Below are positions 53,112-63,000 of a stretch of 64,000 bases of DNA, one piece after another (position 1 is the stretch's first letter; each line of letters opens with the position of its first letter). Origin of the DNA: Dehalococcoidia bacterium (lineage in GTDB: Bacteria > Chloroflexota > Dehalococcoidia > UBA2979); NCBI GenBank assembly GCA_965208885.1, contig CBDBPS010000001.1, positions 297,445 through 361,444 of the forward strand, read 5' to 3'. A model generated the notes under the pieces. The model ran no database searches. It worked only from the letters and a program-made list of their open reading frames with translations, and was not told the DNA's origin. The position numbers and the translations under genes were made by a program.

Positions 53112-53600
53112 CTACTGCGACCCCAGGCCGCTGCCCTCCTCCACGTCCGGGGGCACCACCAGCATCGACGCGACGACGCCGTCGACCAGCCGCACCACCA
53201 CTACGTCGCCGACCTCGACCCCGTCGACAGGCGTAATCGCGAACAGGCGGGCCGGGGCGCGGTAGTCGACCGTCGTCGTCGCGTCGTCCGAGGTGATGAC
53301 GAGGCGGCCGGGTGATGACTCGACGACTCGAGCGGCGCGCCAGACCTCGCCCGGCAGCGCGGGCAGGCCGCCGAAGCCGCTGAAGCCGCCTTCCGACAGC
53401 CAACCCTCGGCGGCATCCGCGGCCGACAAGGCAGGGTCGACGATCATCACCTCGATGACCTCAGGCTCGCTCGCCCGCTCCCCGGCCCAGCGGCCGAGCA
53501 CGAGGCCGCCGAGGGCGGCCGCCACGAGCGCGGCGATGGTCACCGCGGCAACCAGCATCCACGGCGCACGCTGCGTCGATTGCTCCGGTCGCGCGCTCAT
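53112..53600 (-). CDS. Hypothetical membrane-anchored protein (N-terminal TM plus extracytoplasmic domain)
   Basis: Hydrophobic N-terminus WMLVAAVTIAALVAAALGGLVLG. Its start overlaps the stop of the upstream gene by 4 bp. Last gene of the permease operon. Confidence 0.5.
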   Translation of the reverse strand: MSARPEQSTQRAPWMLVAAVTIAALVAAALGGLVLGRWAGERASEPEVIEVMIVDPALSAADAAEGWLSEGGFSGFGGLPALPGEVWRAARVVESSPGRLVITSDDATTTVDYRAPARLFAITPVDGVEVGDVVVVRLVDGVVASMLVVPPDVEEGSGLGSQ

Positions 53601-53998
53601 CGCGACGCCTCCGCATTGTTCGCCGGTTCCACCGCGACCACCCCGGTGAGGACGATGCCGAAATCGCCTTGCTCGCCGCCGAGGTTGACAGCGTCGCCGG
53701 GTACGAAGCGTGCATCTGTGACTCGGATCAGTTCCTCGATGCTCATGCCCGGGCCGAGGTCCAGTCCGACGACCCCGCCGAGCGTCTGCAACTCGATGCG
53801 CCCATCGCCCGCCTGCGTGACTTCGCCGGCGATGCGTGTCTCGGTGGGCGGAGGCTGGAGCGGGTGAGTGATGGAGATGTGCCGGTCGTCAGGCGCCGGC
53901 TCGTGTTCGAGCAGGAAGCCCACGACGAGGCCCGTCGCGAAGACGGCGGCGAGGACGAGCGAGGTCGTCGCCACGGAACGCCAGCTCCACACCAACAT
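53597..53998 (-). CDS. Hypothetical membrane-anchored protein (N-terminal TM plus extracytoplasmic domain)
   Basis: Hydrophobic N-terminus SLVLAAVFATGLVVGFLL. Lies 36 nt downstream of the giant permease stop. Confidence 0.5.
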   Translation of the reverse strand: MLVWSWRSVATTSLVLAAVFATGLVVGFLLEHEPAPDDRHISITHPLQPPPTETRIAGEVTQAGDGRIELQTLGGVVGLDLGPGMSIEELIRVTDARFVPGDAVNLGGEQGDFGIVLTGVVAVEPANNAEASR

Positions 53999-54034
53999 CG
54001 CGCCGTCCTTCTCCCTCGATGCTCCCGTAGCGCC

Positions 54035-57000
54035 CTACTGCGTCAGGCGGAGCGAGTCCGGGACATCGCGGCGTAGCACCGCACGCCACGCCGTCCAGAG
54101 CGTGGCGGCAGCCGCGAGGGCGAGCAAGGCGATGCCCGTCGACAGCAAGCGCCACTCGGTCTCGACCGCGAACGCCGGCACCACCGGGTCGCCCGTCTCG
54201 GTCACCTCGAGGAACTGCAACATGAGCCGAGAAATCCAGCGGCCCAGCAGTACCCCGATCACAGAACCGAAGAGCAGCACCACGCCCCACTCGAAGATGA
54301 GCGCGCGGAGCAGCCCCCGGCTCGACGCACCCAGGGACCGGAGCACGGCCAACTCCACCGTCCGACCTTGCAGCGTGATCGCAAGCGAGACGACGAAGCC
54401 GAGCACCGCCGCCCCCATTGCCCCGGCGAACGCGAGCAGCAGGATGCCACTTCCGGACGCCTGCACCGTCGGGTCCGACGCGATCTCGTCGAGGCGCTCT
54501 GCCAGCAGCAGCGGCGCCCCGACTTCGAAGGGCAGCCAACCTCCTTCGCGTGACTGGTCCGCGATCGCCTGCTGCGTCACGAGCGGCACTCCCTCGTCGA
54601 AGTCGACCCAGAGCTCGGTCGGTCTCTGCTGGTCGCGGGACCCGATGGCCCCGGCAACCGCGCGGAGCTGCTCGTAGTCGAGCAGGACGAAGCCCTGGGC
54701 GGGGTCGAGCGTCGGGAACGCCTCGGCGGTACCACGCACGACGAGCGGCACCGCGTAGTCGTCGCCCAGCAGACCGAACGCGCGCTCGCCCGGCTGCACG
54801 CCGAAGCGCGCCAGCGCGTTCTCGCTCAGGATGGCATTCAGCGGCACGTTCGGTCCCTCGGGTGCGATAACGCGCGCGCGGTCGATGATCTCGCGCGTCC
54901 ACGTCCAGCGCGCGGACGTCGTGCCGGATCGGGCTCGCTCGCCCGATGGTCCGAAGGTCTCGGCCGCGCCGGCCTGCGAGTACATCGCCCAGCCGAACCG
55001 GTCCTCGAAGTGTTCGACCACCTCGGGCACGCCGTTCGCGCGCAGTGCAGTCAGATCATCGAAGAAGATCGCGCCGTCGCCGTGGACCAGCACGCGGCGG
55101 TCCTGGAAGCGCAGGCCCGCGAGGGCGAGTGGTGGCGTGAGTCCCGGCGGGAGGTCCGTCCGGAGCTCCGTCCATACCCCCGTCTCCAGCCCGCTGAAGA
55201 TCACGTCGTGGTAGTCGCCGTTGCCGTCGCGGACAGAACCGCGCAGCCGCGCGATCCGCGGCGACTGCTCGGTGTATGCGTAGATGGCGAGCGCCACGGT
55301 GTCGTCGGGCAGCGCGACGCCGCTATCGAGCGGCACGCCGAGGTCGAGGTGGGCGAGCAACTGGTCCGCCGGGACGTCGGCGAAGTCCTCGCGGAAGGAG
55401 AGCATCGAGGCGGCCGACCCACCATGCTGGATCGCGAGCAGCGGCACCGAGCCGCCGCGGGGCACACCGATCGACCCTCGGTGCACCACGACCGCCTGCT
55501 CGACGCCGTCCGTGGCGCGCAGCTGGTCCAGCCCTTCGTGGCCCGACGGGAGGTCGAAGTTCGCGATCGCGGCCCGCAGGTCGACCCCATGCTCGTAGTG
55601 GGCGCGGTCCTCGAACGACCGTGCGACGGTCGGGGCGTACGAGGCGGCGAATGCGCCGACGGCGATGGCGGTGAGCACCAGGAGCAGCAGGCGCGCCCCC
55701 GCGGCCGGGTCGCGGCCCGCGCGGCCGATGCCGAGCGTGACCGCTGTGCCGCGCAGCGGGCTCAAGAGCCAGGCGGCCAGGCGCAGCAATGGAGAGTAGA
55801 CCCGCAACACCATCGCTGCCGCGGCAGCGGTCATCACGAGGGGTGACAGCAGCAGCAGCGGGTCCGCCTGCCAGCCCCCCACGGACTGCGGGTCGAAGAC
55901 CGCGCCGCGACGGTCGAGTTGCCAGAAGAGCAGCGCCGCCAGCGCCACGAGCGCGAGGTCGAGGTAGTAGCGGCGGATCCAGCCGTGTCCGGCCGGGCGA
56001 GCCTGCTCCCGCTTGGCGTCGACGACCGCGCGGCGTACCGCTCCGATGGTCGGGAGCAGCATCGCCGCGAGGGCCAGCGCGGCGCCGCCCGCGGCGAGCA
56101 GGAAGGCATCCTCGTTCACCGACGCCCGCAGCGGCTCGCCGCCGGTGATATCCGAGAAGGCCGGCGTGTAGCCCAGCGCTCCGACGGCGAGCCTCGCGAG
56201 GAGCGGGCCGAGGAGTGCAGCCGGCACGGCGATGAGCAGGCCCTCGGCGAGGTTCAGCCCGAGCAGCTGCGATGTGCTGGCGCCTCGGCTGCGGTAGACC
56301 GCGACCTCCGCGGCTTGCCGCTCACGCGCCAGCGAGGTCACCACGACCAGGTAGAAGCCGACGACGCCTGCCACCTGCAGGAGCAGCAACAGCAACGGCA
56401 CCTGCGAGAACGTACTCGCGTTGCGGAACCGCCCGAGCGCTGTAGCGAACTCGATGCGTCCACCCGCCTCGAGTCCGAGCCCGTCGCGCACGTCGCGCGG
56501 CCAGGCGCCGAGGTCGTCGAGGGCGCGGGGCACGTCGCGCACGGCGAGGCCACCGAGGTCCGCCACGAGACCCACGCGGTAGCGCGACCGCAACTCGGGG
56601 AGCTGCGCTGTGAGCGCGCCGTTGAAGTACGCACCGGAGGTGAGCAGCGGCATGAACTGCGGGCCGTCGTCGGGCTGGCCAGGGCCGCCGGGGACGACCT
56701 CACGATCCTCGAACACCTGCCAGCGCAGGTCTGCCGGGTCGCTCGGTCGCACGAACCCCACAACCTCTGCCTCGATGCTCGAGCGCACGAAGGTGGTGGG
56801 TTGGCACCGCACCTCCTCGGCAGCGACGTTCTCGTCCTCGGAGGCCGGCACACGCCGGCAGTCGTTGAACGACCGGGCGGTCAGTTGCACCCGCTCGCCG
56901 AGGGTGGCTACGCCCCGGAAGCCATCGAGCAGCACCACCTCCGCGGACGTGGCATCGGGCGCCGGGAGGCGGCCGTCGACTACCTCGACGTGCTGCTCGT

Positions 57001-57406
57001 AATCGCCGACGTGGATGAGGCGGGCACTCCACTGCTCCCGCTCGGAGCTGCCCGAGGCGAATCGGAGCGTCAGCGGGTCGGTGCGCTGTTCCGCCAGTAC
57101 CTCGTTGCCGAGCCAGCCAATGCGAGCCTTGGTCACTGCCTCGAATGCGTGCGCCTGTGCGAGCTGCACCGGGTCGGCAAGTCGCAGGCCGTCCACGTAG
57201 AGGTTGGGCACGCGCTTCGCCGGGTCGTCGAGTTCGCGGTCGAGGCGGAAGCGCAGGCCGATGTCGGACATCGCGTCGGTGTAGATGGGCGCCGTGGCGA
57301 GCAGCGTGGTCGCCAACAGCGCGCCGACGGCGAGCAGCAGCATGAGCGCCCAGTTCGACGCGAAGCGTCGCAACGCGAACTGCCAGACGGAGAAGAGCTC
57401 ACCCAC
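54035..57406 (-). CDS. ABC transporter permease, FtsX/MacB-type, giant (1123 aa; two FtsX four-helix domains plus large extracytoplasmic regions)
   Basis: N-terminal TM after NWALMLLLAVGALLATTLLA. An internal FtsX region (VPLLLLLLQVAGVVGFYLVVVTSLARERQAAEVAVYRSRGAS) and a C-terminal FtsX region (AVLRSLGASSRGLLRALIFEWGVVLLFGSVIGVLLG). Confidence 0.85.
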   Translation of the reverse strand: MGELFSVWQFALRRFASNWALMLLLAVGALLATTLLATAPIYTDAMSDIGLRFRLDRELDDPAKRVPNLYVDGLRLADPVQLAQAHAFEAVTKARIGWLGNEVLAEQRTDPLTLRFASGSSEREQWSARLIHVGDYEQHVEVVDGRLPAPDATSAEVVLLDGFRGVATLGERVQLTARSFNDCRRVPASEDENVAAEEVRCQPTTFVRSSIEAEVVGFVRPSDPADLRWQVFEDREVVPGGPGQPDDGPQFMPLLTSGAYFNGALTAQLPELRSRYRVGLVADLGGLAVRDVPRALDDLGAWPRDVRDGLGLEAGGRIEFATALGRFRNASTFSQVPLLLLLLQVAGVVGFYLVVVTSLARERQAAEVAVYRSRGASTSQLLGLNLAEGLLIAVPAALLGPLLARLAVGALGYTPAFSDITGGEPLRASVNEDAFLLAAGGAALALAAMLLPTIGAVRRAVVDAKREQARPAGHGWIRRYYLDLALVALAALLFWQLDRRGAVFDPQSVGGWQADPLLLLSPLVMTAAAAAMVLRVYSPLLRLAAWLLSPLRGTAVTLGIGRAGRDPAAGARLLLLVLTAIAVGAFAASYAPTVARSFEDRAHYEHGVDLRAAIANFDLPSGHEGLDQLRATDGVEQAVVVHRGSIGVPRGGSVPLLAIQHGGSAASMLSFREDFADVPADQLLAHLDLGVPLDSGVALPDDTVALAIYAYTEQSPRIARLRGSVRDGNGDYHDVIFSGLETGVWTELRTDLPPGLTPPLALAGLRFQDRRVLVHGDGAIFFDDLTALRANGVPEVVEHFEDRFGWAMYSQAGAAETFGPSGERARSGTTSARWTWTREIIDRARVIAPEGPNVPLNAILSENALARFGVQPGERAFGLLGDDYAVPLVVRGTAEAFPTLDPAQGFVLLDYEQLRAVAGAIGSRDQQRPTELWVDFDEGVPLVTQQAIADQSREGGWLPFEVGAPLLLAERLDEIASDPTVQASGSGILLLAFAGAMGAAVLGFVVSLAITLQGRTVELAVLRSLGASSRGLLRALIFEWGVVLLFGSVIGVLLGRWISRLMLQFLEVTETGDPVVPAFAVETEWRLLSTGIALLALAAAATLWTAWRAVLRRDVPDSLRLTQ

Positions 57407-57500
57407 GACGATAGTCTAGGCACGCAGGCGCGCCACGGGCACGGGCGCCTTCATGCCGCCGGTGCAGCGGTCGAGTCGATCCGCCCGTAGAATCACCGAC

Positions 57501-60500
57501 GTGCGGCACTTCCGTTCGCTCCCGGTGATCGTCATCCGCCGCATGCTCGGCAACTGGCGCCTGCTCGCCAGCGTCATCATTGGCACGCTCATAGCCGGCG
57601 CGATCCTCGCCTCCACGGTCATCTACGCCGACGCCATTCGAGACCTCGGCCTCTCCCATGCACTCGAGGCCGAGTCCGCTCACGACCTCGATGTGCGCGT
57701 ATCGCAGACCAACATCGCGATCCGGGGACCGCTCTACGAGCAGTCTCGGGCGCGTATCGACCGGATGGTCGATGCATCGCTCGGCGAGGCGCGCGGCGCC
57801 GCGGTGCGCCAGGGCACGACAGCCACCTTCTACCCGAGCGCCCCGGGTGGCGCACCGGACCTGGATAACGACGCGCGCCCGCGCGCCAATCTGCGCTTCC
57901 GCTCTGAGCTCCTCGATCACGTCACGCTGGCTGCCGGCGCTATCCCGTCGGCGCGCGGCACGGCCCCCGACGGCGCGATCGAGGCGCTGCTGGGCGCCGA
58001 GACTGCTCGCGCGAACAGCATCGGGCTCGGAGACCGCTTCCACCTCCACGCGTCGTGGAGCGCAGATATCCCGCCGCTGACCGTCGAGGTGGTCGGCCTG
58101 ATCGAGCCGAACGATCTGCGGGCACGCTATTGGGGCGGTCGCACGGACCTGCTCGACTCGCAGACGGCTTCGTGGCCGACATACCTGTTCTACGTGTCCG
58201 ACGAGACGTTCTTCGGCACTCCGGCCCAGGCAGTGCCCTCGATGACCGCACGCTACCTCGATGTCTACCAGGTCGAGCGGGAGCTCCTGAACTCACGGGT
58301 TGCCGAGGGCGTGGCCGTAACGCTCGAGCGCATCGAGGGACGGCTCGGCGCAACCGAGACGCTGCTGCGCGTGGAGACAGACCTGCCGCGTGTACTCAAC
58401 GACTTCGACGACAAGCTGTTCTTTGTGCGCATCCCGCTGTTCGTGCTGCTGCTGCAGATCGGCGGCGTCGTGGCCTACTACCTCCTCGTCGTCTCGACGA
58501 TGCTGCTGGAGCGGCAGGCCGAGGAGATCGCGACGCTACGCAGCCGCGGCGCGACCACGGCGCAGCTGCTGACGCAGTACGGCATCGAGGGAGCACTCCT
58601 CGCCACCCTTGCCGTCGCGGCGGGGCCACCGATCGCTGCGACCGCAATCGCGGCGCTCGGACCGACGCCGGCGTTTTCCGACCTGTCAGGCGGCGCACCC
58701 CTCGACGTCCACCTGTCGGGGCTGTCCTTCCTGCTCGCGGGCGGCGGCGGGCTGCTCGCATTCGTCTCGTTCATGGTTCCGGCGTGGCAGGCGACACGCG
58801 AGACGGTCGTGGGCTTCAAGCGCAACGCCGCGCGGCCCAGCCGGCAGTCGTTGTTCCTCCGCTACTACCTCGACGTCGCGCTCGTCGTGGTGCTCGGCAT
58901 CGTGTTCTGGCGACTGCGGCGCGAGGACAACCTCTTCGATGAGCCGCTGTTCGGCGATCCACACGCCGATCCGTTCCTGCTCGCGACGCCGGCGGTGGCG
59001 ATGCTGACGGTCGGGATCGTCTTCCTCCGGCTGTTCCCGATCGTGCTCCGCCTCGTCGCGTGGCTCGTCGCGCGCGGCGCCGGCGTCGCGCTGCTCGTCG
59101 GCACACGCGCGCTGGCGCGCAATCCGACGCACTACGCGCGGCTGATCCTCATGTTGATGCTCGCCACGGGCGTCGGCATGTTCGGCGCGACGTTCTCTGC
59201 CACGCTCGACCGCTCCTACGACGATCGCACCTACTACACGGTGGGCGCGGACATCCGCGCGAGCGAACTGCGCGCCCTCGCCCGCCAGGGGGACGACGCG
59301 TTCGTCGCAGCCCTCGGCACGGTCCCCGCGCAGGTCGCGAGCCCCGTCATCCGCGAGGGCGGCTCCATCAGCGCGAACGGCGGGAATGCCCGCCTCGAGG
59401 TGCTCGGTGTGGAACCCGACACCTTCGGCAAGGTGGCATGGTTCCGCTCCGACTTCGCCGATGGCTCCCTCGACGCGATGCTCGAGGACCTCGCGGGGAA
59501 CGCCACGACGGTGGAGTACGCGACGCTCCCGGTCGACGCTCGCCAGTTCGGGATGTGGGCGAAGCTGGAGGATGTCCGGGCGCGGATGGACCTGCTCGCC
59601 GTCTTCCAGGACGCGCGCGGCCAGATCGTAACGGGCTGGCTCGGCTCGGTGAGTCCCACCGACGAGGCAACCGAGGAGTGGCGCTTCTTCTCCATCGACC
59701 TCCAGCAACTGCGAGGACGCACGGGCCGCTCGCTGGCTGCGCAAGTCGATCCGCCCATCGCGCTGCAGTCGGTCATCGTCTACACGCGGAGCACGATCGG
59801 AGCGCAGCGAGGCGTGATGCTGCTCGGCCCGGCGATGACCTCATCACTGCCACCCGCGCGGCCGTTCGAGCGTGGCCGGCCGGCGCACGCCGACGCACCG
59901 TTCGATGGCGCGACCCTCGTCCACGTGTTCACCGAGCCGGGCTTCGAGGTGCTGCAGGGCACCCTCCAGCGCCGCGTCGACGATCGCATCAGGGCGGACG
60001 GCGACGCCCCGCCGGGCTTCGCCTCCTCGCTGCGCTACGAGTGGCTCGACGAAGTGCAGCCGACTTCACGTCGTGGGATACGGCAGGCGATCCCGGAGGG
60101 CCGCACACTCGTCTACCTCTCGAGCGATACCGCGCGACGGCTGGCGGTCGAGCCGGGTGACGACGCCGTCCTCAACGTCAGCGGCACGCACATCGAGGCC
60201 ACGTACGGCGGTTCGTTCGACCTCTTCCCGACGTTCGACGCGAACAGCAGCACGGGCTTCGCGATCGTGCACGCAAGCCGCCTCCAGGTGGACGCAAACG
60301 CTTCGCTCCCGAACACCACGCTGGCGTACAACGGCGCCTGGGTTGCCTCGGACGACCTGCCCGCCAGCCGCACGGCGCTGGCGGCGTACGATCCACGTGT
60401 GCTCCTGGACATCGAGGGGGAGCGAGCGCGACAGGAGGAGGACCCGCTGATCGCAGCGGGCTGGGAAGGGATCCTCGCGATCTCGTTCGCGGCGGTGTTG

Positions 60501-60884
60501 CTGCTATCCGCGATCGGGTTCCTGATCTACTCGTACCTGACGGCACAGCAACGACGCCTCGAGTTTGCGGTGCTGCGTACGCTGGGCTTCTCGCGCGTCC
60601 AGATCTTCGGGGTGGTGCTGCTGGAGCACCTCTTCGTGGTCCTGGCGGGGATGGGGCTCGGGACCGTTGTCGGCTTGCAGGTGGGACGGCTCATGATGGA
60701 CTTCTTCAGCGTCGACGAGACGGGCGCCGAGGTGCTCCCGCCGTTCGCCCTCGCCGTGTCGCAGTGGGAGGTGGTACTGGTGTGGGGCATCCTGGGAGCT
60801 GTGTTCGTGCTGACCGTGCTCGCCGTCGTGCTGCTCTACGCGCGCCTCGCGCTGCACCGTGCGCTGCGGGTGGGTGACGCGTGA
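57501..60884 (+). CDS. ABC transporter permease, FtsX/MacB-type, giant (paralog of 54035..57406)
   Basis: Same architecture (IPLFVLLLQIGGVVAYYLLVVSTMLLERQAEEIATLRSRGAT ... AVLRTLGFSRVQIFGVVLLEHLFVVLAGMGLG). GTG start at 57501, chosen by alignment to the paralog N-terminus. Its stop overlaps the ATPase start. Confidence 0.85.
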   Translation: MRHFRSLPVIVIRRMLGNWRLLASVIIGTLIAGAILASTVIYADAIRDLGLSHALEAESAHDLDVRVSQTNIAIRGPLYEQSRARIDRMVDASLGEARGAAVRQGTTATFYPSAPGGAPDLDNDARPRANLRFRSELLDHVTLAAGAIPSARGTAPDGAIEALLGAETARANSIGLGDRFHLHASWSADIPPLTVEVVGLIEPNDLRARYWGGRTDLLDSQTASWPTYLFYVSDETFFGTPAQAVPSMTARYLDVYQVERELLNSRVAEGVAVTLERIEGRLGATETLLRVETDLPRVLNDFDDKLFFVRIPLFVLLLQIGGVVAYYLLVVSTMLLERQAEEIATLRSRGATTAQLLTQYGIEGALLATLAVAAGPPIAATAIAALGPTPAFSDLSGGAPLDVHLSGLSFLLAGGGGLLAFVSFMVPAWQATRETVVGFKRNAARPSRQSLFLRYYLDVALVVVLGIVFWRLRREDNLFDEPLFGDPHADPFLLATPAVAMLTVGIVFLRLFPIVLRLVAWLVARGAGVALLVGTRALARNPTHYARLILMLMLATGVGMFGATFSATLDRSYDDRTYYTVGADIRASELRALARQGDDAFVAALGTVPAQVASPVIREGGSISANGGNARLEVLGVEPDTFGKVAWFRSDFADGSLDAMLEDLAGNATTVEYATLPVDARQFGMWAKLEDVRARMDLLAVFQDARGQIVTGWLGSVSPTDEATEEWRFFSIDLQQLRGRTGRSLAAQVDPPIALQSVIVYTRSTIGAQRGVMLLGPAMTSSLPPARPFERGRPAHADAPFDGATLVHVFTEPGFEVLQGTLQRRVDDRIRADGDAPPGFASSLRYEWLDEVQPTSRRGIRQAIPEGRTLVYLSSDTARRLAVEPGDDAVLNVSGTHIEATYGGSFDLFPTFDANSSTGFAIVHASRLQVDANASLPNTTLAYNGAWVASDDLPASRTALAAYDPRVLLDIEGERARQEEDPLIAAGWEGILAISFAAVLLLSAIGFLIYSYLTAQQRRLEFAVLRTLGFSRVQIFGVVLLEHLFVVLAGMGLGTVVGLQVGRLMMDFFSVDETGAEVLPPFALAVSQWEVVLVWGILGAVFVLTVLAVVLLYARLALHRALRVGDA

Positions 60885-61861
60885 CACTCGATCGCCCCGA
60901 CCCGCGTATCAGCGACGACGAGCAGCCCTACATCCGCTGCGAGGACGTATTCAAGATCTACAAATCCGATGAGCTCGAGGTCGTGGCTCTACGCGGGCTC
61001 GACCTCGAGGTCTACCGCGGCGAGATGATGGCGCTCGTCGGAGCATCCGGCTCCGGCAAGAGCACGCTGCTCAACATCTTCGCCGGCCTCGATCAGGCCT
61101 CGGCAGGGCACGTCGAGGTCGGCGGTCGCGACCTGCTCACCACCCCGACCGAGGAGCTGGTCGACTACCGCCGCACCGAGGTGGGCTTCGTCTGGCAGCA
61201 GACCGGCCGCAACCTCATCCCCTACCTCGGCGCCCGCGAGAACATCGAGTTACCAATGCTGATCGAGGGCGTCTCGCGGGGCGCCGCGCGCGACCGCGCC
61301 CGCGAGCTGCTCGGACGTGTCGGTCTGGCCGACAAGGAGCGCAACCGCCCAGACCAGCTCTCGGGCGGCGAGCAGCAGCGCGTCGCCATCGGCGTCGCGC
61401 TCGCCAACGACCCACCGCTGCTCCTGGCCGACGAGCCCACGGGCGAACTCGACAACGCCACGGCCGCCGAGGTCTTCGATGTCTTCGAGGAGCTGAACGA
61501 GCAGATCGGCGTCACGATCGTGATCGTCACCCACGACGCCTCGATCATCGACCGGGTGCACCGCATCGTCGCGTTCCGCGACGGCAAGACGAGCGCTGAG
61601 ATCGTCCGCCGCTCCCGCTTCACTCGTGACCACGACCAGGATGTCGATGAGTATGCGATCGTCGACCGCAGCGGGCGGCTGCAAGTCCCGCGTGAGATCG
61701 CCGAGCACCTCGGGCTCGGCATGCGAGCACGCGTCGCCCTCGTCGACGACCACATCGAGGTACGCGCCGACGAGGGCGCGCTACTGGGTCCGCCGATCCC
61801 CGGGCTGTCGGATGAGACGCCGCCGGAGCCGCCGCGCGCGCCACTGCGAGGCGCCCCGTGA
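60881..61861 (+). CDS. ABC transporter ATP-binding protein (MacB/LolD-like) with a C-terminal extension of about 100 aa
   Basis: Walker [26 protein letters not shown] and Walker B LLLADEPTGELD. The GTG start overlaps the permease stop. Confidence 0.85.
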   Translation: MTLDRPDPRISDDEQPYIRCEDVFKIYKSDELEVVALRGLDLEVYRGEMMALVGASGSGKSTLLNIFAGLDQASAGHVEVGGRDLLTTPTEELVDYRRTEVGFVWQQTGRNLIPYLGARENIELPMLIEGVSRGAARDRARELLGRVGLADKERNRPDQLSGGEQQRVAIGVALANDPPLLLADEPTGELDNATAAEVFDVFEELNEQIGVTIVIVTHDASIIDRVHRIVAFRDGKTSAEIVRRSRFTRDHDQDVDEYAIVDRSGRLQVPREIAEHLGLGMRARVALVDDHIEVRADEGALLGPPIPGLSDETPPEPPRAPLRGAP

Positions 61862-62583
61862 CGCCCGCGCTCGTCGAGGTGCGCGACGTCAATCGCAGCT
61901 TCGAGCTGAGCGGCACCGTCGTACGCGCCGTCCGCAACGTCACGCTCGACATCGACCGCGGCGAGTTCGTGGCGCTGCGCGGCCGTTCGGGCTCCGGGAA
62001 GACCACGCTGCTCAACCTCATCGCCGGCCTCGACCGCCCCGACAGCGGCACCGTGCACCTCGCGGGCGAAGAGGTCTCGGCAGCGAGTGAGTCACGACTC
62101 ACCGATCTGCGCCGCCACAGCATCGGCTTTGTGTTCCAGTCGTTCGCCCTGCTCCCGCTCTTCTCGGCGCGCGAGAACGTGGGGCTGGCGCTGCGCATCG
62201 CGGGGGTACACGGTCGCGCCGCGCTGGAGCGCGCAGGCGAGCTCATCGAGCTCGTCGGGCTCGGGCCACGCGCCGACCACCGCCCGTACGAGCTGTCGGG
62301 CGGCGAGCAGCAGCGCGTCGCGATCGCGCGCGCGATCGCGAATGACCCACCGCTGCTCATCGCCGACGAGCCGACGGGCGAGCTGGACTCGGCGACCGGC
62401 GCGCAGATCTTCGAGCTGTTGCAGTCGATCAGTGCCGGGGGCACCACGGTCATCGCCGCCACCCACGACCCGCTGATGATCGAGCACGTCGGACGCATCC
62501 TCGAGATGGCGGATGGCGAGCTGGTGTCCGAGACCGCGGGCACGCCCGAGGAGTGGGACCGGCCGGGACCGCGATCCGGATAG
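61858..62583 (+). CDS. ABC transporter ATP-binding protein (second, tandem)
   Basis: Walker A GRSGSGKTTL, LSGGEQQRVAIARAI and LLIADEPTGELD. Overlaps the upstream ATPase by 4 bp. Confidence 0.85.
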   Translation: MTPALVEVRDVNRSFELSGTVVRAVRNVTLDIDRGEFVALRGRSGSGKTTLLNLIAGLDRPDSGTVHLAGEEVSAASESRLTDLRRHSIGFVFQSFALLPLFSARENVGLALRIAGVHGRAALERAGELIELVGLGPRADHRPYELSGGEQQRVAIARAIANDPPLLIADEPTGELDSATGAQIFELLQSISAGGTTVIAATHDPLMIEHVGRILEMADGELVSETAGTPEEWDRPGPRSG

Positions 62584-62660
62584 CAGCCCCTCTGCCTCAC
62601 GATTCCCATCGCGCGTTCGCGGGCCGAACTATCCGATTCTTTATATTCAGCGAATTACTA

Positions 62661-62696
62661 TTGACACGCGCACCTCTGCGAAGCACATTGTGAGTG
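62661..62696 (+). promoter_or_regulatory. Candidate sigma70-type promoter (TTGACA-17 bp-CACATT) in an AT-rich spacer
   Basis: TTGACA at 62661-62666 and CACATT at 62684-62689. A gaaggga RBS at 62698-62704 precedes the GTG at 62714. Confidence 0.35.
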
Positions 62697-62713
62697 CCGA
62701 AGGGACACGGCTC

Positions 62714-62938
62714 GTGACTTCGCAGACGCGGCGCTTGTTGAACGCGGACTTCAGCGACGTACAGGCTGAAGCCATTGACGATTCCATCACTGACGCCACA
62801 CGCCATCTCGCGACAAAGGCTGACCTATTCGCCGTACGGGCGGACCTGTATCGCGCGATGTGGTTGATGGGGCTCAGCAGTATTGCGATCAACGCCGCGA
62901 TGCTGAGCGCCGCAGTCGCGGTCATCCAGTTGACCTAG
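62714..62938 (+). CDS. DUF1640-like small coiled-coil protein with C-terminal TM helix (paralog of 52376..52648)
   Basis: TKADLFAVRADLYRAMWLMGLSSIAINAAMLSAAVAV parallels the other copy. GTG at 62714 after the RBS; the upstream ORF extension is low-complexity. Confidence 0.45.
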   Translation: MTSQTRRLLNADFSDVQAEAIDDSITDATRHLATKADLFAVRADLYRAMWLMGLSSIAINAAMLSAAVAVIQLT

Positions 62939-63000
62939 TACTCCCCTCGAGACCGCTGCGCCTGGCGCGTCCACGCACGCGGACGAGCGAACATCTCGGG

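Noticed and set aside
53889-62609. Numerous 100-520 aa ORFs antisense or out of frame to the giant permeases and ATPases
   Set aside because: The permease and ATPase frames carry clear FtsX/ABC motifs, and the alternatives are Arg/Pro-rich artefacts.
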